A stretch of 64,000 nucleotides of DNA from Minisyncoccota bacterium. Its GTDB lineage: Bacteria; Patescibacteriota; Minisyncoccia; Phycocordibacterales; Phycocordibacteraceae. A program made the translations under genes and the position numbers. Positions 8,672 through 17,807 of the stretch are shown piece after piece. Position 1 is the stretch's first letter; each line of letters starts with the position of its first letter. The stretch covers positions 48,097-112,096 of the forward strand of contig DASWXP010000002.1 in the NCBI GenBank assembly GCA_036405415.1, written 5' to 3'. The notes under the pieces are model-generated. The model saw nothing but the letters and a program-made list of their open reading frames with translations. It had not been told where the DNA came from and searched no databases.

Positions 8672-9518
8672 AACCCTGCGCGAGGAGGTTCGCGTAGTCG
8701 GTCTCAGGCTTTCCTTCAGGCACCACTCGGAGCGGCACGAACGTGCCGCTTTCGAGTTTCGCTGAGCGCACCTTCACGCGCATGCGCACACCGTCCTTCT
8801 CCATGAAGAAGTACGTACCCGGAGATTCTGCATACGCGCGATACTTGCTCCAGTTCTCGGCACTGTCACCCAAAAGGGAAAGCTCTCCGGCTTCCTTCTT
8901 TATCTTCCGCGTATGCGTCGCGTGCGCATGGTGCTGAGGGACGCCCGGAAGCGCTCCTGATTCGAAGGCAGGAAGGATCTCTACGAGAAGCTCGTAACCG
9001 AGCGCGATGAGGCGGGGCCTGAGCTCGCGCGTTGTCTCCTCGGGTTGTATAGAAAGCGTCTTCGTGGCAAGCACGTCGCCCGCATCGAGCTCGTACACCA
9101 TTCTCTGGATGGAGACTCCAGTCTTAGTGTCGCCGTTCAGCAGCGCGGCCTCTACCGGCGAGGCGCCGCGATACTTCGGCAGGAGCGAGTAATGGACATT
9201 GAGGACGCCAAGCGGGAAGGAATCTATGAGCTTCTCGGGGAGTATCTTCCCGTATGCAACCACGATCGCGTACGCAGCATCGTACGCAGAAAGGGAATCG
9301 ATGAACGCGTCGTCGATGCGCTCCGGGGTAAGCACCTCGAGTCCTTGCTCAAGCGCGTACGCTTTCGTGTCGCAGGGCGTGAGCACATGGCCGCGGCCCT
9401 TGGGCGCGTCCGGACTCGTTATGACCGCTTCCGGGCGGTACCCTTTCAGAAGGAGGAACGCGAGCGTGTCGCGCGCGACGTAGGGAGTACCGAAGAAAAG
9501 GAAGGGCTTATGCGTCAT
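8649..9518 (-). CDS. fmt: methionyl-tRNA formyltransferase
   Basis: FFGTP, NVHYSLLPKYRGASPV and a C-terminal Fmt domain. It overlaps the def stop. Confidence 0.9.
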   Translation of the reverse strand: MTHKPFLFFGTPYVARDTLAFLLLKGYRPEAVITSPDAPKGRGHVLTPCDTKAYALEQGLEVLTPERIDDAFIDSLSAYDAAYAIVVAYGKILPEKLIDSFPLGVLNVHYSLLPKYRGASPVEAALLNGDTKTGVSIQRMVYELDAGDVLATKTLSIQPEETTRELRPRLIALGYELLVEILPAFESGALPGVPQHHAHATHTRKIKKEAGELSLLGDSAENWSKYRAYAESPGTYFFMEKDGVRMRVKVRSAKLESGTFVPLRVVPEGKPETDYANLLAQGFIPGSRA

Positions 9519-10026
9519 GGGATTCTTCGCGACGCACCTCTACCATGTCTTCTGCGTGGTCTATGAAGAGGATGCCGTTCAAGTGATCGGTCTCATGTTG
9601 GAATATCTGCGCGAGGATGCCGCCTCCGCCGCGCTCAAACGTGGAGCCGTCGAACGCGCGGGCGCGCACGGTCGCACGGTCATGCCGCATGGTCTTGCCG
9701 TAGATGCCGCGGACCGAGAGGCACCCTTCGTCCATGGAGACGCGCCGCTTCGAGCTCTTCGCGAACTCGGGGTTGATGTATACGCCTACGTCCGGAGGAA
9801 ATGGTAGGTCGCCGGGGGGCACGATGCGGTCGTTGCGGACGATGAAGATGCGCAGCGAGATGCCGATCTGCGGAGCCGCGAGCGCAACGCCGTCCGGCTG
9901 TGCGTCCAAGGACTCTTCCATATCCTTGAGTATCTTCGAAAGCTCCTCGGTACCGAAGAGTTCCTCTCGGACCGGCTCCGCTATCTTGCGGAGAACCGGC
10001 TCGCCGTCTTGGACGATTGGCGTCAT
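9508..10026 (-). CDS. def: peptide deformylase
   Basis: GVALAAPQIG, EGCLSV and QHETDHLNG. The start MTPIVQDGEPVLRK is chosen over the upstream in-frame extension, which would run through a terminator hairpin. Confidence 0.9.
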   Translation of the reverse strand: MTPIVQDGEPVLRKIAEPVREELFGTEELSKILKDMEESLDAQPDGVALAAPQIGISLRIFIVRNDRIVPPGDLPFPPDVGVYINPEFAKSSKRRVSMDEGCLSVRGIYGKTMRHDRATVRARAFDGSTFERGGGGILAQIFQHETDHLNGILFIDHAEDMVEVRREESHDA

Positions 10027-10043
10027 ATAGGGACTATATAGCA

Positions 10044-10090
10044 CAAAAACGAAAAACGCCGGTCTTGGGGTGAAGGCAAGACCGGCGTTT
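10044..10090 (-). terminator. strong Rho-independent terminator (minus strand)
   Basis: Stem acgccggtcttg ... caagaccggcgt (12 bp) followed on the minus strand by TTTTTCGTTTTT. It ends about 18 nt upstream of the def start. Confidence 0.8.
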
Positions 10091-10376
10091 CGAAAGATGC
10101 CGCGCAACGAGGCGCCGGACTGCGGATACGCATGCCTTCCAGGGGTTGGGTGACGACGCATCGTCAGGCAAAAATTCCGCTTCGTCGCTCACTGCCGTAG
10201 AGCAACATCTTCCTAGAGAAACCGGTCATTGTGCCGGCCTCTCATTAGTGTTCGTAAAGATCAGATGCGTCCCGAGAAACCTTCCAGTTGCTCATATCAT
10301 GCACAAGTCACTGGTAGGTCCCTCGGGAACGCCAAGCGGGCAACGCTTGAGCGCGGGGGAGACAGGCTCCGAGGCG
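10091..10376 (-). ncRNA. candidate non-coding RNA or structured leader (about 290 nt) between the promoter and the terminator upstream of def
   Basis: Perfect TTGACA-16-TATAAA promoter. No ORF above about 20 codons, GC-rich paired segments and an intrinsic terminator. The class is not recognised. Confidence 0.3.
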
Positions 10377-10383
10377 CGAGGTT

Positions 10384-10411
10384 TTTATATCAGAAATAGG
10401 AACTCTGTCAA
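10384..10411 (-). promoter_or_regulatory. sigma70 promoter (-35 TTGACA, 16 nt spacer, -10 TATAAA)
   Basis: Minus-strand sequence gaTTGACAgagttcctatttctgaTATAAAaacc, immediately after the stop of the 10419..10709 gene. Confidence 0.6.
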
Positions 10412-10418
10412 TCAGTCC

Positions 10419-10709
10419 CTAGAACGGCCTGTCCGGCTCCTTATGCTTTTCCGGGTCTATCTCCCACCAGAACTTCTTGCTGAAATTCTTCGCGCGGCTG
10501 CATACGGTCTTCAAGTAATAGAGGTCGTCCGTAGGAATGCCCTCGAGGATGCGGCCCATGCGCGCCATGGTGAGTTTCGGGAGTCCGTCCTCAGCGCGCG
10601 AGTAGTTGAGGTGCCGCACAAAAAAGCGCATCAGTTCGCCGCGCTCGGTCTTCCTGCTCGGCTTCTGGTCGCCGAAATCCTTAGGGAGGATGTCGCCGAT
10701 GCTCTTCAT
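10419..10709 (-). CDS. hypothetical small protein
   Basis: 96-aa ORF downstream of murA with coding-like composition. Confidence 0.45.
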   Translation of the reverse strand: MKSIGDILPKDFGDQKPSRKTERGELMRFFVRHLNYSRAEDGLPKLTMARMGRILEGIPTDDLYYLKTVCSRAKNFSKKFWWEIDPEKHKEPDRPF

Positions 10710-10731
10710 GGCGACAGTGTAGCAAACAGGG

Positions 10732-12042
10732 CTACGCGTGCTCTATCCGGGCACCGATAGACTGGAGGCGATTTACCAAGTCCTCGTATCCGCGATTGAT
10801 GCTATAGACGTTCCTAAGCGTCGAGCGCCCGTCTGCTGCGAGCATGCCGATGAGGAGGATGGTTGCGGGACGGAGCGCTGGAGGCGCCACGATCTCGGCG
10901 CCGCGCAAGTGTACCGGGCCATGGAGCTGGATGCGGTGCGGATCGAGGAGAAGCGTGTTCGCGCCAAGACGGTCGAGCTCGGTGTAGTAGATGGCGCGCT
11001 TCTCGTACACCCAGTCATGGATCAAGGTCTCGCCCTCGGCCTTCATGGCGATAACCGCGAAGAACGGCAGGTTATCGATGTTGAGGCCCGGGTACGGGCG
11101 TGCATGGATCTTCTCCGGGAACGCCGTGAGCTCTGAAGGCTCGATATGGATGTCGGCAAGTTTCGTGATGCCGTTGTCTGAAAGAGCGTGATCTGTAAGG
11201 GAGAAATTGAGCCCCATCTTTGCGAGCACTTCGAGCTCTACCTCAAGGAACTCGATCGGCGCGTTGCGGATGGTGAGTGCCGAGTTCGTGGTCGCGGCGA
11301 GTGCGATGAAGAACATCGCATCGATCGGGTCCTCGCCGATCGCGTAGGACACGTCTTTCCGGATCTCCCCGACGCCGGTCACGGTAAGGGTGGTCGTACC
11401 GAGCCCTTCGATCGTCACGCCGAGCTCCCTAAGGAACCCGCACACTTCCTGCACCTGGTAGTTTGCGCTCGCGTACTTGATAACGGTAGTGCCCTCGATG
11501 CGGGAAGCCGCAAGGAGCGCATTAATAGTCGCGGTATCGCTCGATTCGTAGAGCACGATCTCCGCAGGCGAGAGGCCGTCATGCGAGACCTGATAGTGGT
11601 CGGTAAGCGTCTCGATCGCGATGCCGAACTTCTCGAGCGCCCAGAGATGCGAGCGCACGGAACGCAGGCCTAAGGTGCAGCCCCCAGATTGTGGGATCTC
11701 GAAAGAAGTGAAGTGGTGCACGAGAGAACCAATGAACATAAGGATGGAGCGTGTGCGCACCGCGGCTGCGCGATCAATCTGATCGAGCGCGATCGTCTCA
11801 GGCGGCGTGATAACCACGTCCTTGCCCTGCCACTCGACAGACACGCCGATGGAGCGGAGCACCTCGATGAGGCGGTGCACCTCTTCTATCTTCGGGACCT
11901 TCCGGAGCGTGGTCGTGCCCTTATTCAGGAGGGACGCGGCGAGTATCGACACTGCCCCATTTTTGGAGCAGTTGGTGGTAATGGAGCCCGAGAGCGGGTG
12001 GCCGCCCTCTACGACGAAATTGTTCTCTCCAGATTGGGTCAT
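10732..12042 (-). CDS. murA: UDP-N-acetylglucosamine 1-carboxyvinyltransferase
   Basis: FVVEGGHPLSGSITTNCSKNGAVSILAASLL aligns with the MurA N-terminus, on an EPSP-synthase fold. The start was moved to MTQSGENNF. Confidence 0.9.
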   Translation of the reverse strand: MTQSGENNFVVEGGHPLSGSITTNCSKNGAVSILAASLLNKGTTTLRKVPKIEEVHRLIEVLRSIGVSVEWQGKDVVITPPETIALDQIDRAAAVRTRSILMFIGSLVHHFTSFEIPQSGGCTLGLRSVRSHLWALEKFGIAIETLTDHYQVSHDGLSPAEIVLYESSDTATINALLAASRIEGTTVIKYASANYQVQEVCGFLRELGVTIEGLGTTTLTVTGVGEIRKDVSYAIGEDPIDAMFFIALAATTNSALTIRNAPIEFLEVELEVLAKMGLNFSLTDHALSDNGITKLADIHIEPSELTAFPEKIHARPYPGLNIDNLPFFAVIAMKAEGETLIHDWVYEKRAIYYTELDRLGANTLLLDPHRIQLHGPVHLRGAEIVAPPALRPATILLIGMLAADGRSTLRNVYSINRGYEDLVNRLQSIGARIEHA

Positions 12043-12142
12043 GGCCGCTATTGTAACAGCCGAGACACGTTCCTGATATCTGCCTTTACAGCAACCCCAG
12101 GCAGGCGTAAGGTCCATGCAGACTCTTCTTTGGAGGAAGGTT

Positions 12143-12643
12143 ATGAATGCTTTCGAACCGTTCGCGACCCTGCGACTGGGGACGTGCCACTATCCCGAGA
12201 CGCTCGCGATGATTCTGCGAGAGCGCGGCTACAAGGACAGGCTCCTGAAGTGTGTACGCACCGGCGACATCGTAAATGCTCAGGAGGAGAGTGAGGTCGA
12301 CATTGTAGCCTGCATGTCAGAGCAACTCGGGATATCGTACATACCTACTGTGTACCATGAGGTCTGCGCACGCGGGGTGGCACTTGGACTCAGGCTGTGT
12401 CCTGGGGAGGCTTACCTGCAGCTCTTGCTGCAACATGAGGATTCTCTCCGGAACCTGAGTGCCCGATACAACAACAGCAGCGTAACTGTGGTGTCGAAAC
12501 TCATCCCTGACCATGACCTGAGTCCTTATGTCATGCGGTTCAGAGCCTATGAAGATAGGCTGCTACTCGAACCTCACTGGTGCCGGCACTACAAGGATGT
12601 CTGGGGAACGGGCCCGTATCTGTTCATACAGCCTCGCCAGTAA
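12143..12643 (+). CDS. hypothetical protein, possible papain-like (C39/BtrH-like) cysteine peptidase domain
   Basis: GGAGGA Shine-Dalgarno before the ATG at 12143. GTCHYPETLAMIL resembles the Cys motif of C39-like peptidases. Weak call. Confidence 0.4.
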   Translation: MNAFEPFATLRLGTCHYPETLAMILRERGYKDRLLKCVRTGDIVNAQEESEVDIVACMSEQLGISYIPTVYHEVCARGVALGLRLCPGEAYLQLLLQHEDSLRNLSARYNNSSVTVVSKLIPDHDLSPYVMRFRAYEDRLLLEPHWCRHYKDVWGTGPYLFIQPRQ

Positions 12644-12650
12644 GTCGCTG

Positions 12651-12687
12651 AAAAGCCCGTCCAGAACAATCTGGCCGGGCTTTTTTG
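12651..12687 (+). terminator. Rho-independent terminator
   Basis: agcccgtccaga / ctggccgggct followed by tttttt. Confidence 0.75.
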
Positions 12688-12721
12688 AAGCTTGTAAAAA
12701 GCAGGGTATGATGCGTCTCAC

Positions 12722-13732
12722 ATGCCTCTCTTCTCTCCGCGCATCGGGATAGACCTCGGAACCACGAACGTGCTGGTGTTCGTGCCAGGGAAGGGAGTAG
12801 TCCTCAACGAGCCGTCCGTGGTGGCGGTATCGACCGATACTAATAAGGTGCTCGCTATCGGCGCAGAAGCTAAGGCGATGGTGGGGCGCACCCCGGATTC
12901 CATCCAGGCATACCGCCCGATGAAGGACGGCGTGATCGCGGACTACCGCGTTACCGAAGCGATGCTCCGCTACTTCATCCGGAAGGCGCTCGGCCGCAAC
13001 CTCTTTAAGCCGACCGTGCTTGTGTCGGTGCCCGCGGGTGTGACCTCTACCGAGAAGCGCGCCGTTATCGAGGCTGCCGTGAAGGCGGGAGCGTCTGACG
13101 CGTACGTCGTCAAAGAGCCGATCCTCGCTGCCATCGGCGCAGGCATCCCGATCCAGGAAGCGCTCGGGCGCATGGTCGCGGACATCGGCGGCGGCACTAT
13201 CGACGTGGCCGTGATTTCGCTCGGCGGCATCGTAGCGTCCACGTCCGTGAAGGTCGCAGGCAACAAGCTCGACCGCGCGATCATCGACTACGTGAAGAAG
13301 CAGTACAACCTCTCCATCGGCGACAAGACCGCAGAGGAGATCAAGATCACGATCGGGTCTGCGGTTCCCGTGACCGAGGAGCTCGTCATGACGGTGAAGG
13401 GACGCGACCTCGTGTCGGGCCTCCCTCGCACCATAGAGCTCAAGACCAACGAGGTGGTGCAGGCGCTGAACCGCGAGCTCCGCGAGATGATGAACGCCGT
13501 CCGCAAGGTGCTCCAGGACACGCCACCCGAGCTCGCTTCCGACATCATCGACAACGGCATCATCCTTACGGGGGGAACGTCGCAGCTCCGGCACCTTCCG
13601 GAGCTCGTGTACCGCCGCACCGGCGTGCAGGCGAAGCTCGCCGACGACGCGTACTACTGCGTGGCGCGCGGCACCGGCATCGCGCTCAACCATCTCGATA
13701 CGTATCGGAAGAGCATCATCTCGAAGAAATAG
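12722..13732 (+). CDS. mreB: rod shape-determining protein MreB (paralog 1)
   Basis: IGIDLGTTNVLVFV, DIGGGT and GGIVLTGGTS are actin-fold ATPase motifs of MreB. Confidence 0.9.
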   Translation: MPLFSPRIGIDLGTTNVLVFVPGKGVVLNEPSVVAVSTDTNKVLAIGAEAKAMVGRTPDSIQAYRPMKDGVIADYRVTEAMLRYFIRKALGRNLFKPTVLVSVPAGVTSTEKRAVIEAAVKAGASDAYVVKEPILAAIGAGIPIQEALGRMVADIGGGTIDVAVISLGGIVASTSVKVAGNKLDRAIIDYVKKQYNLSIGDKTAEEIKITIGSAVPVTEELVMTVKGRDLVSGLPRTIELKTNEVVQALNRELREMMNAVRKVLQDTPPELASDIIDNGIILTGGTSQLRHLPELVYRRTGVQAKLADDAYYCVARGTGIALNHLDTYRKSIISKK

Positions 13733-13766
13733 AGAAAGGCCCCGGAGCAATCCGGGGCCTTTCTCC
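13733..13766 (+). terminator. hairpin terminator (weak T-tract)
   Basis: gaaaggccccgga gcaa tccggggcctttc. Confidence 0.45.
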
Positions 13767-13792
13767 TAATGCCGAGGCAACAGCAAGCCTAT

Positions 13793-13821
13793 TTGACAAT
13801 CATATATTCATATACTATAGT
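13793..13821 (+). promoter_or_regulatory. sigma70 promoter (-35 TTGACA, 17 nt, -10 TATAGT) in an AT-rich stretch
   Basis: atTTGACAatcatatattcatatacTATAGTat. GGAAGGA Shine-Dalgarno 8 nt before the ATG at 13862. Confidence 0.55.
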
Positions 13822-13861
13822 ATATCCAGTACCCACTCACTGAATTCGGAAGGAATTCCTG

Positions 13862-14506
13862 ATGCTGAAGGCTGTTCTTCTCGCTTCCTGCATGACCATC
13901 GTGTGCGCCGTCCCGGCAGCGGCCCAGACCGCGATGCCCGGATCCGGTGGCCAGACCACCGTCACCGTCTCTGCGCAGAACGACTACCGCTTCGAGCGCC
14001 TGGCCGAGACCATTCCCGGCGCGGTCGCGAACGTGGAACTGAACCATGACGTCGGCAACGGCATCTCGTTCAACGCGTGGGCCCAGGCGGGCGAGTCGAA
14101 GCTCGCGCACGAGCTCGATCTCACTGTCACCGGTACGAAGGCCTTCGGCATCGTCGAAGCGTCCCTGACGGCCGGCACCTATCTCGTCCGCGACACGGAG
14201 CCCATCTACGTCGTGACGGCCACGGCGAGCATTCCGATCTCCGAATCGGTGTCGCTCGACTACCAGGTCGATCACTTCGAAGGCGGCTTCGAGGAGACCA
14301 CGCACAGCGTGGCCGTCTCGGGCATCGTCGGGAACGCGTCGTTGTCGGCCGGCAAGGCGCACAACGCCCGGAGCGGGCTCGATCCGTGGTTCGCCACGGC
14401 GAGCGTGCCCATCTTCGGGGACTCGGGCTTCTCGCTCGAGCTGAAGGGCTACTGGGGCGCCGGCGACGACCAGGGCGTGACGCTCGGGATCTCCCGAACG
14501 TTCTAG
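13862..14506 (+). CDS. secreted hypothetical protein (signal peptide; C-terminus resembles an OMP beta-signal)
   Basis: Signal peptide MLKAVLLASCMTIVCAVPAAAQTA. Ser/Thr/Gly-rich and beta-strand-like. It ends VTLGISRTF, alternating hydrophobic residues with a terminal Phe. Confidence 0.55.
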   Translation: MLKAVLLASCMTIVCAVPAAAQTAMPGSGGQTTVTVSAQNDYRFERLAETIPGAVANVELNHDVGNGISFNAWAQAGESKLAHELDLTVTGTKAFGIVEASLTAGTYLVRDTEPIYVVTATASIPISESVSLDYQVDHFEGGFEETTHSVAVSGIVGNASLSAGKAHNARSGLDPWFATASVPIFGDSGFSLELKGYWGAGDDQGVTLGISRTF

Positions 14507-14568
14507 TTCATGCAGGAACCGAAAAGGGACCTGGACTCATCGAGCCCAGGTCCCAATTCATTTCTATG

Positions 14569-15027
14569 CTACCTGACCCTCGTGAACGAGAGGGTATTGC
14601 CGCGCGCGAGGTACGAGAGCTCGAGCTTCTCGTCCGTGAGCGTCACGACCGCGAAGTACAGCACCTCTTCCGGGAACTCAATCTTTATGGTGCGCATGCC
14701 GGAGAGCGTCGCGAACTCGGGCTGCTCGGCGTTCGCATCCTCGACCACGTTCCAGCGGCCTATAACCGTGGCGCTCTCTTCGCCTTCGTAATAATCGGTC
14801 ACGGACCCGTCTATAGCGAAGACGCGAATGAACCGGGGGTCCTGCGTGCTGCGCCAGGTCCCTGAAAGCGAGAACGGCTCTTCGGCGTTCGGGCTCGTCA
14901 CGTCCTCGGATACGGCCTCCGTATCAAGCGGCGTGCCTGACGCAGGCATCATGAACGCGAAGACCCACCAGCCGAGCACGGCGAGCGCGATCACGACAAC
15001 GATCCCTAAAACGACATTCCTATTCAT
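14569..15027 (-). CDS. membrane-anchored hypothetical protein
   Basis: MNRNVVLGIVVVIALAVLGWWVFAF TM followed by a soluble domain. Confidence 0.5.
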   Translation of the reverse strand: MNRNVVLGIVVVIALAVLGWWVFAFMMPASGTPLDTEAVSEDVTSPNAEEPFSLSGTWRSTQDPRFIRVFAIDGSVTDYYEGEESATVIGRWNVVEDANAEQPEFATLSGMRTIKIEFPEEVLYFAVVTLTDEKLELSYLARGNTLSFTRVR

Positions 15028-15083
15028 AGGCTCAAGGGCTAGCTCGTATGGAGTCCAGTCTAGCACCGGGGTAGACTACGGAC

Positions 15084-15773
15084 ATGGCGCATCATGCGTA
15101 TCTCTACGTAGGAGGTAAGGAGGACGGCATCGAGGCCGTCCGCGCGTACGCGGCGCGCGAACTTTCGCTTAAGGGCATCGAACATCCCGATATCGCGATC
15201 TTCTCCTATGACGGCCTGTTCTCCGTGGACGACGCGCGCGCGGTGAACCGGTTCGCGCTCCAGGCGCCGATCGCAGGCGATAAGAAGCTGGTCGCGATCG
15301 CTACCGGACGCATCTATCACGAGGCGCAGAACGCGCTCTTGAAGACGTTCGAAGAGCCGCAGGAGGGAACCACGCTCGTACTCATCGTGCCGACCGAAGG
15401 TATCGTGCTCCCGACGCTCCGCTCAAGGCTTCAACCGCTTCCGGGCGGGAAGCGCACGGTCCCAGCGGAAGCGCAGACATTCATCGTGGCTTCGAAGGCC
15501 GAGCGCGAGAAGTTCGTGACGAAGCTATTGGCGCGCGCGAAGTCCGACAAGGACCTCGAGAAGCAGGCCGCGCGCATGGAAGCGGCGCGCATCGTCGAAG
15601 GGCTTCTGGTTGCCGCGCATGCGGCACGTGCGGGGGCTGCAGCACAGAACGCCAAGGAGCTCGACCTCCTGCTCTCCGACCTCAGCCGCTTCATGCCGAT
15701 CATGCACCAGAGCTCCGCGCCTCTGAAGCTCATCTTCGAGCATCTCCTTCTCGTACTGCCCGCGAAACTCTAG
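15084..15773 (+). CDS. holB: DNA polymerase III delta' subunit-like (short HolB)
   Basis: HHAYL, HPD, NALLKTFEEP and TLRSRLQPL match delta' motifs (P-loop degenerate, SRC-like motif). Confidence 0.7.
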   Translation: MAHHAYLYVGGKEDGIEAVRAYAARELSLKGIEHPDIAIFSYDGLFSVDDARAVNRFALQAPIAGDKKLVAIATGRIYHEAQNALLKTFEEPQEGTTLVLIVPTEGIVLPTLRSRLQPLPGGKRTVPAEAQTFIVASKAEREKFVTKLLARAKSDKDLEKQAARMEAARIVEGLLVAAHAARAGAAAQNAKELDLLLSDLSRFMPIMHQSSAPLKLIFEHLLLVLPAKL

Positions 15774-15795
15774 AAGTGCTACACTTTGAGGCACT

Positions 15796-16350
15796 ATGGC
15801 ATCATTCGATTTCTCACCGCTCGACAAGAACATCAAGGAGACCGAGGAATGGCTCGTGCGCGAGCTCTCCACGATCCGCACCGGCCGCGCGACGCCGGCT
15901 ATCCTCGACAACGTGAAGCCTGAGGCGTACGGCGCGCGTCAGGCCGTGAACCAGATGGCAGCGATCACCATCGAGGACGCGCGGTCGCTCCGCATCGTCC
16001 CGTGGGACAAGTCGCTCACGAAGAACATCGAGCGCGCCATCCAGGACGCGGATCTGGGCGTGGGTCTTGCGACCGACGATCAGGGGCTCCGCGTCACGTT
16101 CCCAGAACTCACCGCAGAGCGCCGCGGCATGCTCGCGAAGGTGGCAGGAGAGAAGGTGGAGCAGGCTCGCATCACGCTCCGCGGGCATCGCACCGACGCG
16201 CTCAAGTCGCTCGATGCTGCCGAGAAGGAAGGCGGCATGAGCAAGGACGAGCTCGGACGCTTCAAGGACGAGGTGCAGAAGAAGATCGATGCCGGTAACG
16301 CGGCGCTCGAGGTGCTCGGCAAGAAGAAGGAAGCTGAGATCTCTATCTAG
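15796..16350 (+). CDS. frr: ribosome recycling factor
   Basis: Full-length RRF-like: LSTIRTGRATPAILDNV ... RITLRGHRTDA. Confidence 0.9.
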   Translation: MASFDFSPLDKNIKETEEWLVRELSTIRTGRATPAILDNVKPEAYGARQAVNQMAAITIEDARSLRIVPWDKSLTKNIERAIQDADLGVGLATDDQGLRVTFPELTAERRGMLAKVAGEKVEQARITLRGHRTDALKSLDAAEKEGGMSKDELGRFKDEVQKKIDAGNAALEVLGKKKEAEISI

Positions 16351-16353
16351 CAC

Positions 16354-17454
16354 ATGACTATCCTCATCTTCGCGCTCGTCCTCATCGCCCTCATCGTCGT
16401 GCATGAGTTCGGACACTTCGTTGCGGCGAAGTGGTCAAGCATGCGCGTGGACGAGTTCGGGCTCGGCTACCCCCCAAAGGCATACGGAAAGAAGATCGGA
16501 GAGACGGAATACACCCTTAACTGGCTCCCGTTCGGCGGCTTCGTGAAGATATTCGGAGAGGACCCGGTTCAGGGACAGGCTCCGGCACCGCGTTCCTTCA
16601 CTTCACGGCCGCGCATCCTCCAGGCGCTCGTGCTTGTTGCTGGCATCGCGATGAATCTCTTGTTCGCATACGTCCTCATAACCGTCACGCTCGGCATGGG
16701 CACTACTCGCGCGCTCACCGAAGAGGAAGCGCGCATGGTGCCTGATGCGCGCCTTGCGGTAGCGAGCGTGCTTCCGGAATCTCCGGCGGCCGAAGCAGGC
16801 TTCAAGCAGGGAGATCTCATCCTCGCTGCGTCAGCGGACGACGAGACCTTTAATGGCAACGACGCATCGGCGTTCACTGCGTTCGTAGCGGAAGAGGGCG
16901 CGGGCAGAGAGCTCTCATTCGTGGTCGAGGGTCAGGACGGTGCGCAGCGCACGCTTACAGCGACGCCTGAGGCCGGGGTCGTCGCGTCTGCTCCAGAGCG
17001 CGCAGCGCTCGGGGTAGGGCTTGCGGTTGTCGGCACGCACGCGACGCCGTGGTGGCAGGCGCCTATCGAAGGCGCGGTCCTCACCTGGGAGCTCACGAAG
17101 CAGACCGGAATCGCGCTCCTGCAGTTCTTTGGCAGCATCTTTACGCTCTCTGCGGACTTGGCGCAGGTCTCAGGTCCCGTCGGTATCGCAGGGGCGGTGG
17201 GGAACGCGTCAGAGGACGGGCTCGCATCGCTTCTCACCATCACCGCGCTCATATCCATAAATCTTGCGCTCATCAACCTGCTCCCGATCCCGGCGCTCGA
17301 CGGCGGACGCCTGCTGTTCGTCATCATCGAATCCATCATTCGCCGCCCGATCCCGCCGACGTTCGCGAACGCGGTTAACGGCATCGGGTTCCTCGCGCTC
17401 ATCCTCCTCATGTTGGTGGTTACGGCGAGCGATATCTTCAAGATCGTCGGATAA
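16354..17454 (+). CDS. rseP: RIP zinc metalloprotease RseP (site-2 protease, M50) with PDZ domain
   Basis: HEFGHFVAAK (HExxH), NWLPFGGFV, a PDZ-like middle region and a C-terminal LDGG motif. Confidence 0.85.
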   Translation: MTILIFALVLIALIVVHEFGHFVAAKWSSMRVDEFGLGYPPKAYGKKIGETEYTLNWLPFGGFVKIFGEDPVQGQAPAPRSFTSRPRILQALVLVAGIAMNLLFAYVLITVTLGMGTTRALTEEEARMVPDARLAVASVLPESPAAEAGFKQGDLILAASADDETFNGNDASAFTAFVAEEGAGRELSFVVEGQDGAQRTLTATPEAGVVASAPERAALGVGLAVVGTHATPWWQAPIEGAVLTWELTKQTGIALLQFFGSIFTLSADLAQVSGPVGIAGAVGNASEDGLASLLTITALISINLALINLLPIPALDGGRLLFVIIESIIRRPIPPTFANAVNGIGFLALILLMLVVTASDIFKIVG

Positions 17455-17467
17455 GAGAAAGGCCGCA

Positions 17468-17743
17468 CTAGGCGGCCAAGGGGAAGTCGAGCTGGGCAGG
17501 ATTCGTCTCCTGCTTTTCTGGAAGCTCTTCCGGGTCGTACGGGCAATACGGGTTCTGGTGTTCCTTGCGCACCCGTATGACCCGATAGCGTCCGAGTATG
17601 TGCAAGGACACGATCCTTGCATACTGGTCTCCGGGAAAGATCGGTTGATCACACAAGTCGCAGCAATGCCGGACTCGCGCGACATGCAAGTCATAAGCAA
17701 CCATCGGCATTGGCAAACTCCTGTGTACGCAATCACTGTACAA
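17468..17743 (-). CDS. small Cys-rich hypothetical protein (zinc-ribbon-like)
   Basis: CCDLCDQ ... CPYD spacing suggests metal binding. The start is uncertain. Confidence 0.35.
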   Translation of the reverse strand: MYSDCVHRSLPMPMVAYDLHVARVRHCCDLCDQPIFPGDQYARIVSLHILGRYRVIRVRKEHQNPYCPYDPEELPEKQETNPAQLDFPLAA

Positions 17744-17807
17744 TACTTATTAATTATTTCAAGTATGACTTCCCCCCGCGTAGTTGAAACCGTATACTGA
17801 AAGAACT

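Noticed and set aside
10091-10376. Tried to identify the candidate RNA as RNase P RNA, tmRNA, SRP RNA or 6S RNA
   Set aside because: I could not find the conserved motifs by eye: no GGAAAGUCCGG...GGGUGAAA for RNase P, no tRNA-like 3' end for tmRNA, and no convincing SRP domain IV GGAA-loop helix. The class is left open.
10146-10760. 204-aa plus ORF across the def-upstream RNA region, and the 45-aa N-terminal extension of def (9508..10161)
   Set aside because: The extension would translate through the terminator hairpin, and the real PDF N-terminus (MTPIVQDGEPVLRK) starts at 10026. The plus ORF is antisense to the promoter-terminator unit and to gene 10419..10709.
12563-13750. 395-aa minus-strand ORF antisense to mreB
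   Set aside because: Arg/Asp/His-rich low-complexity translation, typical of antisense frames in high-GC DNA. It overlaps a strongly conserved mreB frame.
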